From Dimorphilus gyrociliatus (lineage: Eukaryota > Animalia > Annelida): a stretch of DNA of 64,000 nucleotides. Each line of letters opens with the position of its first letter. Position 1 is the stretch's first letter. Positions 13,931 through 27,739 of the stretch are shown one piece after another. A model generated the notes under the pieces. It ran no database searches. It saw only the letters and a program-made list of their open reading frames with translations, and had not been told where the DNA came from. The stretch covers positions 2,610,684 to 2,674,683 of the forward strand of contig CAJFCJ010000019.1 of the NCBI GenBank assembly GCA_904063045.1. The letters run 5' to 3'. The translations under genes and the position numbers were made by a program.

Positions 13931-14785
13931 TCAGTCAATTTCCATTAGATGATGCCATTGGATCACTTCGACACCGGGATATTGTAAAATCCTGTTCCAT
14001 TGCTCGAATTCACTTTCCTCTGTCGCGTTTCGACCTAACCTAACTTGACCCCGGGGATCGTCGCTTCTCAGCCTCATCTGAGCATAAACAGTAACGTAGA
14101 GCGTCGTTTCGTTTAAGTCGTCGATTTTTGGTGAGATAGGAAGAGAGAAAAATTGCTTATAAGCCGGATGCGTGGATTTTTTGATAGTTTCCGTTTCGAA
14201 TTTTGACATTTTTTTGTTAGCTTGCTTCAATTCAACTCTCACATAACTATCTTGAATAAAGAGAAATATCAGGGTTTAATGCACATTAATTTCCATACGT
14301 TTGCATATATTACTGATGGGATTTTCGGTGATTATACAATTTATAAGGAGATATTTAATTTATATCTTTATAGTAGACCATAGATTTATATTATAAACTG
14401 TATTTAATACGTAATGAAGTCAGTTTACATATATCTTTTACAGATGCCTATTTTTCTTTTGTAAAAGGATGGATAAATACATCTCAATGTGTTTAGGCGT
14501 ATGAATTTTGTATAAACTTATAATTGTATGAGGATATTTTTTTACATAAGGTAGAAGGGTTTTAAGAGAACAAATGCAGCTATTATTATGAATAAAAGTG
14601 AAAGGGAGGGGGGGGGGAGGAAATTATGATTAATGATAGATAATTACCTGGTGCCCTTCCTAGTTGTTTGCGTAAATCGTTAGCCCGTAGAACACCAACT
14701 GATAAAGTTTCATTCTTTGGTTCAAATTGAACGCTTAATTGTAGCATGCCAAGTTCCTAAAACGGTTAAAAAGGAGATAGTATAT

Positions 14786-14822
<37 letters not shown>

Positions 14823-16032
14823 TAATATATATATATGTACATATATCTACAGTAAATATATACACTGTATATATATATATATATATATGATAAATTTTGA
14901 TGATGATGCAGGTGGTATATCTATTTTCATAATGATCTGCGTGAGATGAAAAATGCCTCTATTTCTCTTATAAAAATGACACATTAATCATGTATAATAT
15001 TTTAGCGTTGTATAATTTTGCAATTTGATAGAAAAAATGAAAGAAAGAAAGTGAAGGAAGGAAAAAAATAAGAACCGCTTTATCGATCTCCCGCCATTCC
15101 CGAATCTCCTTCACTAAATCCTGTTTCGAATTAAATTCAACTGTTACTTCACCCAATTTTTCTTCTCGTTTCAAATTTGCAGATTTGTGAAAGATTTTCA
15201 TCACTAATCTCGTTTCCGATAGCTTATTTGGCGGAAGTGTTTCGAAGAAGAATGTCTCATTGAAAACTGGATTATTAGTTCGTTTATGAATGATAGACGT
15301 CTGCTTTTGTACTTTAGTCGGCATTAGCATTACTTTAACGAAGGGATTAAGTGTCTCTTCCGGATCTGTTGATCGCAGATTCTCAGCTTTGAGAAGCGTC
15401 AATTTCAATCTCTCCGTTTTCTTGCAATATTGAAGGGCATATTTAAGTTCACCAAATTCTGAGTTTGGTTTACATATTTTTAATTTCTCCAAGTCAGCAT
15501 CTTCAACTCGAGGGAGTGACGAACGTCGTCTATTATAGGCTCTGTTTGACCTTTCGGTAGCTGCACGTTCTGACGAGTACTGCTCGCTTCCACTTTGAAG
15601 AGGCACCCCAAGGGGAGCAACTACTGAAGGAACCTTACGCCTCTTGCTGCTGGCCCTCCTTGTCAAACGGCAGCTAGTGGTCTCCGATTGTTTGTCGTCA
15701 TCATTCCATGAATGACTTCTATGCTTTGGAATATGAGAACTGCGGAAATCCTCTCCAGGTAACGATTTACTCCTCTGGAAAGTAGTAGAGCTTGGCAATA
15801 AAAGGCTCGGCGATGGACAAACAGGAGAATGTCTAGGAGAGGGTCCACTTGATAAACTATTTGAATCGTCATCGTTATTGTGGCTACTTGGAATGTAAAA
15901 CGTTGGTATTGTATTCGGTGTGACGATGTTTAAATGAGTTTTTCTTTCCTTATCCAAAGATTGTAACTGATTTTCCAATTCGCCTTTAACGTTTCTACAT
16001 CTGGTCACTAACCAATCCTTTATTGAATCCAT
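13931..16032 (-). CDS. Soluble tandem-C2 protein, C2CD4-like / synaptotagmin-like, 3 coding exons
   Basis: N-terminal NIVTPNTIPTFYIP resembles the C2CD4 motif NVLTPDKIPDFFIP. C2A (NPFVKVMLMP..NPVFNETFFF) is in exon 1. C2B is split over exons ~14649-14757 (ELGMLQLSVQF) and 13931-~14250 (DSYVRVEL..GQVRLG..QW). No TM segment. Confidence 0.85.
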
Positions 16033-17954
16033 AAGTATTTAACATACGGCATTTGTTAGTGTGAACATTTAGAAGCAGTGTGTTTATTACTATTATTTAG
16101 TCAGAAAATACAATATACATATACTTGTAAATATATACTGTCTATTTATTTATATAGCTATATATTTACACACGATTATATATACTGTATATATATATTA
16201 AATATAAATATGTATATATATATGTATTTATATGTAGTTATACATATATATATTTATTTATTTTATGTATAAATTCACATTCACATACATTAACACGTAC
16301 AGATAAAAATAAATAACATATATATAAATATAGATACTGTATATATATATATATATGTAGATTGTACAATATATGTTCGTATATACAGTATAGATATGTA
16401 TAAATATATCCGTATATTTGCCGCTTCAAAGTACAAAACAAGTCGGGATCATCCAAGCCTGCGTCGAATACGCAATAAAGCAACCGCCTAGTGCCCGCTG
16501 ATAAAGTAACGCCGTCCTTCGACCGATTTAGACGCCGCCCGCGACAAATAGAGTCGTATAAAGATTGCGGCAGTGCGCCGGCAAACTCGTTAATAAATAG
16601 TTATTGTACGATTTCTTCTACTGCTCTTGTTAAAGAAGAAGTATCGAATACAAACGCACGTTTGCAAAAAAGAAAAAAAAATCAAGGGGATAATCACCCG
16701 AATTGAACATCTGGTATTTAGCTTAAAGTCTTTAACCTGATGAATAAGACAAATTCAATAAAAAGAAAGAAATATTTTTGTACTAGACTAAAAACAGTCT
16801 GAACTTTACTGATTATATTTAATTACGTATCAGTAGTTTACACCTACGATGGGATGTTTTATCAGAAAATTATACAGTTTACTCTTACTGTACAGTAATT
16901 TTTCTTAATTATTACTTTTTATGGCTAATAAATAATTTATGGCTTATATTTTTTCCATCTTGAAGAAAGGGTCTTAAGAACCAATTTTCGCTTCTTTTTA
17001 TAATTTCTAAACTTGACGTTTTCACGACGTTGAGAGATTAGCGTCTGTTCGTAATTAAAAGGCAAGATGGCGCTGTAAAACTTGTTGCTAACAGAAAGAA
17101 GAGTAATTTGTAATTTATTTCCTATTCTCCTGTCTTCCTTTTAATCGTTTTCTTCTATTACAAAGGCAGAAAATGTGAAAATTTAAAATACAATAAACAA
17201 AAAAAAAAAAGAAATTGGGTCAGCTCTCCCATAAGAATCCCTTAATAAACTATTGGTAAAATTTTAGTAGTTTCTTCCGATTGTCATGTTTTGTTATCTT
17301 TACTTATTGCTAATTCGATACGAGGATCAGTATTGGACGGGGGAAATTATAATGACGGTATTATTTTTCGTCTTGTAATACTCTCTCCACTCATATTTTC
17401 TTTACACAAAAGAACAGAAATGAATGATAAGTAATCGAAAATTACTAGTTTTTTTTAAATATGGTGGATTATGTAAATCGTGTTATTATTTAATGTATTT
17501 TCAGTTTATTAAGATATAATTAACATTTCTACATAAAAGCTCATCATTTCAAAGAAATGTTTATATTTCATAATATATAAAAAAAGATTAACATAAATTG
17601 ACTAATATTTAATATCTTGTTACTAAGATTTTCTTTTGAAAAGAATTGCAGAGATACAAATTTCAATTTCTTTTTATTTGAGCAAAATTTCCAGAGTTTT
17701 TAATAGAATATGGAAGAGAGAGAGAGAGAAAGAGAAAGATAGAGAGAGAAGATAATTAATAGAGATAGATAGGATTAATTGAGGTGGACAGACGAACATA
17801 AATAGAACGAAAGAAGAAAAAAACTCATAGAGGAACATACTCAAGAAATAAGGCTTAAGGAAAAAAAATTAAAAATCATGAATATTTCAGGGGCCGTATG
17901 GAATTTTGACGACAACAAATACAGGAAATTTTTTATTGTTGTCATACAACAATC

Positions 17955-18319
17955 CTAGAAATTCATGATCCTGATTTCTTTCTGCTGTAGTATATTGAAA
18001 ACGGAATATTCGCACTTTTCGAAAATAGTTCCTCCTTTAAAGCAATCATTATAACAGAGAGCACTTATTCTTGCATTCAATATTTCCTTACATAAAACAC
18101 ATACTAAAGTGCAATACTTGTCTAATTTCATAACTGGAGACCTTCCTTGAGTCAATACTACCGAAATTATTATGCATAATGATAGAAATAGCCTGAAAAT
18201 ATAGAGAATAAACGTAAAAAAATTTACAAACTTTAAATATACAACAAACTAAAAAACTGTTACATTCATTTTGCAATAATTTTAATAATATAAAACAAAT
18301 TATAAGCAATTTACCTCAT
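17955..18319 (-). CDS. Secreted 80-aa six-cysteine peptide precursor (eclosion-hormone / CHH-ITP-like spacing)
   Basis: ATGAG at 18315-18319, GT-AG intron 18193-18314, exon 17955-18192. Product: MRLFLSLCIIISVVLTQG|RSPVMKLDKYCTLVCVLCKEILNARISALCYNDCFKGGTIFEKCEYSVFNILQQKEIRIMNF*, i.e. signal peptide plus C-x3-C-x2-C-x11-C-x3-C-x9-C. Confidence 0.75.
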
Positions 18320-20958
18320 ACTCGACACGGCTTTTTTCAAAGTACCAAAGTACTTGTTGTCATTTATACTAATTTATATTTGTTTGCTGATTGGTTCAAA
18401 TATTATTTAAAATATGAAACCTAGTCAATTCATTCTGATTGACATGAAAAATTGGAGAGCTTTTGTTAAGGACACTTTTTTTAGTTTAGCATCATCAATA
18501 CTATTTTATAAGCAGTTTATTTAATTAAAACCTTTTTATAAAAACTTATTCAAAGCTCTACTTAAATTTTATATATTAGGTTAAATAATTAACTTTTTGC
18601 AACACATGAAACTAGATACTAATTGGTAATCGGTAGACAAGTAGTTAAATTGTATTGCCGATATCACGATGTCTACTTTGTTGTCCTTCCTCTTTAATTA
18701 ATCTTCTCTCTTTCTTTTGTCTACTATCTATTATTTTTTGTATCGAAATATTACTAATTTTTCGTGTAATTTTCTGTTTGGGTATACTATAATCATGTCT
18801 TTTTTAGATGATAACAAAACTTATATATAATAGCATTTAATATACATCAGGTATTATTATTCTCATGTCGTGTGCGTTACAATTTTCTTGTTTAAAACTT
18901 TCTCTTTCATAAGAATTGAGAGAAAAAATATTAATAAAGTCTAAGATTAGATAAATAGCAAAAAAAAACTGAATAATATAAATAAAGAAATCATAACATC
19001 GATAAATTATATCCTGAATTCTTTCACTATTGTAATATATTACTACAATAGGGAGACGAACAGCTTCTACATTGCATTACATTCATTGTCTATATTTAAA
19101 TACAAGAAAAAAAAGAAAACTACAATATAGTACAGCGAAAATAGAAAAAAATAGAAGAGAAATGACTATATCTTGACAAACAGGGAGATTTTTTTTAGGA
19201 GGTAGGGGATGAGGGGAACGGGTTATATTGATGAATCAAATTGTGTCCGTATTTTGTGTGAAAATTAAAAATCGATTTCCGAAGAGTGCTTTCTCACCCT
19301 TTTTTCCGTTTGTTATTCTTTTGGTTTTTAGTCTTGTCTTTTTTTTTTTTAGGCGTTTAGTAAATTAAATCAACTGCACTGATTGCTTAGCAAACAGCAA
19401 ATTAAATATATCTGCAATAGTCTTTTTGTTTTCCTAATTTATTATTCAATTTTAAGTTACCCTGTTTTAACCACTATTTACTTCCTTCTTTTCTCTCTTT
19501 CTCTCTCTCTCTCTTTTTTTATCCAAACCATATTTAAATAAGCTTATTTGCATATTGTTTTTTTGTCGCTAAATGTTGGAGTGGATTTATTATTAGAAAT
19601 CCGTTTCTTGTTAATTGTAATAGAATCTTTGCATTTAATAATTCCTTTAAGGTAATAATACGTATTTTGAATTTTGCTGTATTCTCTTTGATCAACTCTT
19701 TTGATATTAGAATAATAAGGAAAGTTTTTTTAGTTTGAATTAAGCTTCTATTGCTTTATACTCTTCTTTGAAAAGCTTTTCCTATTTGGGATTATAAGTA
19801 ATTACATTTTTTTTAGAGCTTAAACAAAGACATGTCATAAAGCAAGATTATAAATTGGTATAACACACGTAGCAATTCTAGTTTAATCGTATAGATGGCG
19901 TTCTCAGTATTCTCTCAATCACAACGTATTTACAATAGTCAAGTCAAGTCGGCGTAAATGCAGATAAACAGTATTGATATATTGATAAAAAATTTAATTT
20001 ACTCAAATTTACCAGTTTTGTCTTAACTTTACTTTTTCCTCTTCGTGAGAATTAATTACTTAAATAGGAAATAGAAAAGGAAAATAGGCTAAGGAGGTGA
20101 AAGAAACTGAAAAATTTAAAGGTCATAAACAAGACATCCCTTTTTTAAACACGGAATAATATTCAATTTTAAAAGACCATATGGTGGTTTTTTTCTTAAG
20201 TCAACTTATTGTAATCATTAATAAACAATATGAAATTTGTAACATTGATTAAAGGGTTTCAAAACTGATGTCTATTTTAATTAAGTCGACCGCCCTTAGA
20301 GGGAACGATATAATATTTGAATTATTAAATACTTTTAATAGTAATCAGACCATTCCCTTTAATAATTAAATCTAATTGAAATTTTTTCTAATTTAAGCTA
20401 AAAAAGCAACAACTACGTTAAACGTTCTCTTAAACTTTGAAAGAATTTGTAACAATAAGAAGAAGAAGAAGAAGAAAAAGAAAAGATAAAAATATACTTT
20501 CCCTTAAAAGTATTATTATTATTATTACTTTTTTAAAGTTTTTAATTCTTTAAAACTTTAATCTAATATGAAAGAAGAAAGGGAAAGAATTTAACAGTCA
20601 ATGATTTCAATGGTTCGATACGATTAAAATTTATCCGATTAGGAAAAAAAGAAGCAAGATGGAAACTATATGAAATACAACTTACTTTTGTTTTGGTATT
20701 CTAACAATTTATACGAAAATACGTACTATTTTTGCAATTCTATCCACTTTTTTTGTGTGGTTTAATGCTATGGAAAGTAGCATATATACGGTATTATAAT
20801 ATTGAGTTGTGCCAAAGCAAATGTAGGTTCCATGGTCAATCACAAAGGAATTTTTTGACACTTTTAACACTCTGGACAATATTCAAGTTTTTTTTTATAG
20901 CGTGTTCTTGGTTTTCCTGTAGAAAAATCGAAGATTTTAACGTTTTATCGGAAACTTA

Positions 20959-21859
20959 ATGATGATTTCGTCAATTATACAGTTAATTTTAGCTTTCCAA
21001 TCCTTTCATTTATTAAATGGACGAATTATTGATATGACTTATACTTTTAATTCGGATACATACTATTGGCCCGGTAGTAAGAATTTTAATAGAACTGTTA
21101 TATTCAAGGGCTCCACTGGAAAATTTTGGTAAATATTGTTTGCACAGTTTTAAATACTAATTAAATACTGTCAATCTGTTCAGGTATTACGCGAATGAAA
21201 TGGAGTTCGCGGAACATGGTGGAACACATTTGGATGCTCCCAGTCACTTTTATAAAGATAAGTGGAATGTTGACGATATACCTATCGAAAGGTTAATTGC
21301 ACCTGTGTACGTGATCGATATTAAATCAAAAGCGGAAAAAGATAGTTCGGCTTTATTAGAAACGGAGGATATTCAAGCTTTTGAGAAAAATAACAATGTG
21401 AAGATTGAAAGAAAATCAATTATCCTGATGAACTCCGGCTGGCAAGAACGATTGGGTAATAAAACGTTATATTTTGGCAATGATAAAAACAATGCGTCAG
21501 ACTTTCATTTCCCTGGATTTCATCCGGATGCTGCTGAATGGCTTATTAAAGAGCGAGATATTGTTGGAATTGGTGTTGATACCGCTTCAGTTGATCACGG
21601 CCCAAGTTCAGACTTTTTAACTCACGTTGCGATTTCTAAAGGAAATGTTTATGGCTTAGAAAATGTTGCAAATATGGACAAGATACCTAAAATGGGGGCA
21701 AAGTTGACGGTATTGCCAATGAAGATCGGAAAAGGGAGCGGTGGACCGGTTAGAATCCTCGCCGAATGGGATACGCAATCAGGCGGTGCAGATGCATTAA
21801 ATCCACTTTTTATGCTATCAAACCTTATCACAATATTTCTATTAGTTTTATTTCTTTAA
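20959..21859 (+). CDS. Cyclase-family metal amidohydrolase (kynurenine formamidase/isatin hydrolase-like), secreted with probable GPI signal
   Basis: Exons 20959-21128 and 21184-21859. Signal peptide MMISSIIQLILAFQSFHLLNG, metal motif EHGGTHLDAPSH, GIGVDTASVD, GLENVANM, GKGSGGPVR, and a hydrophobic C-terminal tail. Confidence 0.92.
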
Positions 21860-24800
21860 ATGTATAAGATTATGTAAGCGTCCATGCGGAATAAGATCAA
21901 TGTACAGTAGTAGCAATGTATTTTTCTTTTATTGAAGCAATATAATAACGTTTAGCGATTTCTAAGTCGATTGGCGGGGAATTTTTTACAAACGTGACAA
22001 ACAAAGCAATATGATAACTCGCACGTGCGTTGGCCTCAATACTGGAAATCTATAATTATGGATACGACTATATATTCGGATGTAGGAGAGCTTTCTTACT
22101 CGTCTAGTGAGCCTGATTAGTAATAATTAGCTATGAAACGATACTCGTTTATCGCGCCTCGTTTGCTATCCGTTTCTATTTTTCTCCGTCGCTTTCATGT
22201 GTTTCATCCGTATCCCCGTATCGATCTCTTTCTTTATACGTACACGTTCTTTCCTCCTATACGCTTTCAATTATTCCTCCGTAGTGCTATTCACTTGTAT
22301 CCGTAACCTCCCAGCGAGTTCTTGTTGTATCACACAAAGTTAGACTCACCTACTAAAAGTAATATACAAAAACTGGAATTAATTATCTGATATTTCAATG
22401 ATGACAAGCACTTTCTCCTTATATAGCTGTTTGATCACGTTCCGAACGTCGACCCAAATACCTTTATAATAAAGTTTAGAAGTAGGCTTACTTCTGGTTT
22501 TTTCCATTTTCCCCTTTCCTTTTCGCAATTAACAATTTAATTTCCATTGTCCGATACTCTTCAATGAGAAGGAAATACTGTAAAGATAGAAAAAATGATT
22601 CTGCAAATTATGCAACCTAATTTATTTACTTTTATTATCTAAATTAGCTGAGAAATAAAACAAAGAGGAAATACTATACTAGTAAAAGCCTTAAGCAGTA
22701 TTTAAAGCAATCTAATATAGTTTCATTTATTATACAAATAATTAGAAACGGATTTTTTAAAAAGAAAACGTTAATTCAGCTAATTTTTTGGATTTTATCG
22801 TGAGCTTAATTACTGTAGACATAGAATCGATATATTGACAAGGCGCCAAGGTGTAAATGAGGCTACAAAGGCCAGATTCATCATTTTAGTAGGCGTGAGC
22901 CCTTAGGCTTCGTACAGGCACACTATTCTTGAAGCCATATGCATAACGCTTGTAGAAATAGTACTCAGGAATTGCCTCTTGATTTTACTAAGCTTTTCTA
23001 TTAAATTATCAGAGGGATTCACTGTCTGATAAACACGTTCTAAGCAAGAGGTGATTGATTAGAGAGGGGGGTTTGCGACAAATTATCATGCACTTAAGAA
23101 CTTGTCGGGTCTTTAGTATTTCATCCACTAACGAGTGAAGAATGTTATAGTCTTAAAGCTTCCGTAAAACTGCCTACTACAAGTCACTGAAAAGTCTTAA
23201 GCGATCGTTATTTTACTTTAACAACAAAAATAAAAGTAAATATAGGGAAAGTCAATAATAAGACTAGCCTTTTGGTAAGTGAAAATCTTAGGAATAAATA
23301 ATTAGAAGCTTCATAACTGTATTGTTAAATGAAAAGGCAGTAGTCAAAGCTAAGTACGATTAAAAAAGAATTGCAGCTGTTGCACGGTAAACGGCTCTTA
23401 CATACCTTTTATCTTAGTAAAAAAAAAAGACATTCAGAGTGACCTTGAAGAGCTATCGCCCACTCAAATCCTTACCCTGCTCCTTTTCTAACCATGACAA
23501 TATTTAGCAGTACCAACTCGACTTAATATCCGGTTTTTGTCACGATTAATCCCCGTTTACTGAGTTTAAAGAGAAAAAATTAATTTTACCCATCGCGAAT
23601 AGGTATGCCCAACGCCTTAGGAAAATGTTAAATAGGCAAAAGGGTGACGATAGGGAATAGACAATTGATAAGAGAAAATAGAAAGACAGTAAATACTTTT
23701 AATGAGGCGGGACGACATCCATTCTGTCAGCTAAAACGCCCATTCTCTTTTCGTTACTTAAACTATCTTCCTTTACTTTTTGACATTGAAAGACTGTTGA
23801 GACGATTGAAATTAGTGGACACAATGCCTGTACAAGGTTTCTCAATATTAAAATTTTCTCATCCAATTAACCATACAAAGAAAATTGCTATATTTTCTTT
23901 TTGATGGTTCTTTCTATGCTTCTTGTACATCCGGATCTTTATAAGTTTTTACTAACCTCTTTTTGGTTGATAAATGAAAGGAACAATAAAAGCAAAACCG
24001 TTTGGCATTGTGAAATTTTTCTCTTTGCACTTTTTAGCTTTGGGACTAGAAGTAAACATCGGTTTAATGTATAGCAGCCTGGATTCCATGACCCATTCTG
24101 ATACTTCTCAGTAAAATTATCCTACAGGACTACACGATTTTAATTAGGTAAAACCTGCATTGCAGTAACTGTATCTTTTTACCTGACACCTAGATAATAT
24201 TCATTACTAATATTAGACACCCTATCTTGTACACTCGATAGCGTCCAACCGTCTAATCTGGTTGAGTGATGTGTAAAGACGGATTGACGCTTAGACGCCG
24301 CTAATGCGTTTAGGCTCTTGGTCGTATGGAGGAAAGAATTCGTTATCATATACAACTTAAAAAAACAAAAGCCGTAATATCGAAAATAAACTCAAACAAA
24401 TGGCAGTTTAAAATGAAAGTTTAAAAGGAAGAGAAATGAATAAAAAAAAGCAATACAAAAGAAAAAAAGCTGCTAGTTCCTTTTTGTTTTGGTTTATTTA
24501 AGTCAATACTGAAGCGTCTCTGTATGTACTGTTTATAGACATTTGTCAATACATATTTTTTTTTTGTTTTTTTGTTTTTTTTTGCACAACTAGAGCAGAT
24601 TAACTTCGGATTATATTCTGGATTAAAAGTCTGTATATAGAAATAGATGAAAAAAATGGTAATCTATCAAATTATTACACGAAATGTTCAATAAATGTTT
24701 GAAATTATGAAGAAATGAATAGAAAGAAAAGCCTATAAACCATAAATGAAAGTTGTATATAACTTGTATCATTTATATTGTTTTTAAAAAAAAAAGGAAT

Positions 24801-26122
24801 ATTAGAAGATCGATTTTAATAGTAATCGTCATTATTTTTAAATATAGACATTAAATAATCTTACAGCGCAGAGATATGCAATTAAAAAAGGTAGAACGTC
24901 ATGTACGTCAATTTTTAACTATAGGCTTCTTTTTCCCTCTTCCTCTCTTTCTTTTTCATCCAATAGACAGTATAGCCGATGTATATGTTGCACAATAAAT
25001 TCATTAAACTATGTACATATAAAATAATACTAAGTACCGTACACTATAATGTATTGTGGTACGTATATTCTTTTTACACGTATAGACTACTGAGAATACA
25101 ATGAAACATAATGGAAATTCTTTTTTCATTTTCTGTAATCAATTATCTCGTTGATAAGATTATGAGAAATCTTTTAAATATTATACAATTGTAAACTTAT
25201 TATTTTAGTATTGATATTATCGCCCAACAGCAATTATAAAATTTTCCTCAAGAATCTTACTAAACACTTTCACACGCTACTATTATATTGCATTTTTATA
25301 CATTCGCATTTCGTCTAGAGAGCTTACTAGGCGTCGTTAGCGTCGACACAGTTTCTTTACCAAGCATTAGACATTTGGTATTCATCGGCAAAACGTATAT
25401 CTTTCTTACTGCCAGAGGATGAAAAGGTGCGTATATATAATCTTCTTTAGTTCTTAACGTATTAAGTTTAATTAGTAAGAACGTCTATGCTCTGCTTTTA
25501 GTTTATTAACTCTTAAAGGTTTACTTTAAAGAGAATCGAAAGATTATTAAATAAAGGTGACATACGCCGTAACTGAACAGAAAATAGCTGGTATCTATCA
25601 AAAGAAACTATATGGGTTTAGTTTTTAATAAAGGAAGTATTAAGAAATTATCTATTTCATACTTCTAATGTGTAAAAGAAGAAAAAGAAGGAGAAAAGAG
25701 ATAGATTATACAGTGATTATAGTTGTTAATTTTCGTAGTTTATTAGACGTCGCTTACATTCATTTTCGATATGCCTTTTAAAAAACGCTGTACAACAGAG
25801 CTTTTCCACTTAGCGTCTAGATTTTCAATCGTTTTATTAAAAGGGAAAAAAATCGAAGGTTTTTCTTTTCAGCATTCTACTACTTACGATCGGTGAAAAA
25901 TGGACGATTTTTTCTCTTTATTTCTTTATATATATATCTCTTTATATTTTGTATATATTGTATATATACTGTATATATTATATGGTTGCAATCTATTTGC
26001 TTATATAGTATGCCTACATCGCTTGCGTGTAACCAAAAACTGTTTCGACTATGTTTTGAAGCAGTGAGCGGAAAAGACTTGATCGTTTGATGTTTCTTTT
26101 TTTTATACAGACTGGTTCTCTG

Positions 26123-26906
26123 ATGGGCGATGATGAGCAACGCCACCGCGTCGTTTTCATGGGTGCTGGTCGAGTTGGAAAGACGAGTATTATTCGACGC
26201 TTTCTCCAGAATAGTTTTTCAAATGCTTATAGAGAAACAATAGAGGATTTGCACTGTAAGGATTATAACATTCAAGGAACTTCAGTAAAAGTCGACTTCC
26301 TGGATACGTCGGGCGATTTGGCATTTCCTGCAATGCGACGTCTTTCCATTTCGACGGTTCGTCAAATATTCGATTTGTTCAATTATATTTTCTATTTATA
26401 ATGTATAAAATTAAAAGGCTCACGCGTTCGTTCTCGTCTACTCGGTCGATGACGATCGTTCTTTCGACACTGCTCGATCAATTAGACAACAAATTAAGGA
26501 GCAAAGAAGTAATTACGAAGCGCTTCCCTGCGTCGTTGTCGCCAATAAGATCGATCTGGGACCAAATAGGCAAAAGGTTTCTACCGCCCACGTGGATAGT
26601 TGGTTAAATGAAGAGGGGATGACGAACAGTTTCGTAGACGTTTCCGCTAAAACTGGTACAAATATCCAGCAAATATTTCATAAACTTCTCGAGCAAGCCG
26701 ACATACCGGAAGTAAAAAAGTTAGAACCGATCCTCAGAAGGAGATTATCGGCTAACTCTGCCTCATTGGCAAGTATGCGTGAAAGATTGAGGGTTCAAGA
26801 AAGTTCACCCAAAGGATTTCAAAGAAGTAGAAGCCTCATACGAAGGTCAAAGCCGAAAGTAAAAGAAAGTCGCGATCCAACTAGTAGCGATTGCGTAATA
26901 TCTTGA
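26123..26906 (+). CDS. RASD/Rhes/Di-Ras-like small GTPase
   Basis: Exons 26123-26356 and 26418-26906. GAGRVGKT P-loop, YRETIED, DTSG, NKID, SAK, FPAMRRLSI, basic C-terminal extension and CAAX box CVIS*. Confidence 0.93.
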
Positions 26907-27739
26907 ATAATTAAAAAATGACAAAGAAGAACGAATAATAAAACAAATATTAACATCTATTTAATTATTTCGTCTTTGCACTGGAGATTGAGTTCTATTA
27001 TCAAATCGAAAATGCAAACAACTCTTTATAATACTGACAGAAATTTTTCTTCTTATAAATTTATACACGTCGTTAAGATGAGTCAATATTAATTGGTCAT
27101 GCTCATGAATTTAGTCTGGAAAATCGTCCGAGAGACAATACGTGATTACTGCGATTAGTTGGGCGGATATAATTGCAGACGCGATCAGAATATTTTAATT
27201 ATTAGTTTATATAAATATATATATATATATATATATGGGTCTATTTCATATATTTTTCATCTAGACATACTTTTGATAGAGAGAATATTTTATAAATAAC
27301 TTTTTATGAATCATCATTATTATACAAAGGGGATAAATATCTACACATGCACACACGCACATATACATATATATATATATATATATATACATACATACAT
27401 ACATAAATATGCTTAAATGTCGATGACTTATGTACAGCAGCAATGTTTTAGTCTTTCCAAAATTTATAGAAATAATTAATAAGTAGGGAAAAGTTAATTT
27501 TTAATAGAGCTTTAACTTTTCCTACGAAGAAGAGGGGTTTGAAGTTTTATCTATAAACATTTTTACAATATCGTCAAATGCAGTAGTAGGCAGTTTGGCA
27601 TTTAATTTGATAAATTTAGTGCTAAAAGTGAATTTATGTATACAATGAGCTTTCTGCTAAAAATATGTCTAGAAAAATAAGGGCCTTGAGAATAAACATC
27701 TAGACAACGAATCAGATCCATATATGCTATATATATAAT

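Noticed and set aside
16420-16710. GC-rich patch as possible Unc-13 C2A exon or separate gene
   Set aside because: No C2A-like translation in any frame. More likely a 5' UTR exon or promoter of the C2CD4-like gene.
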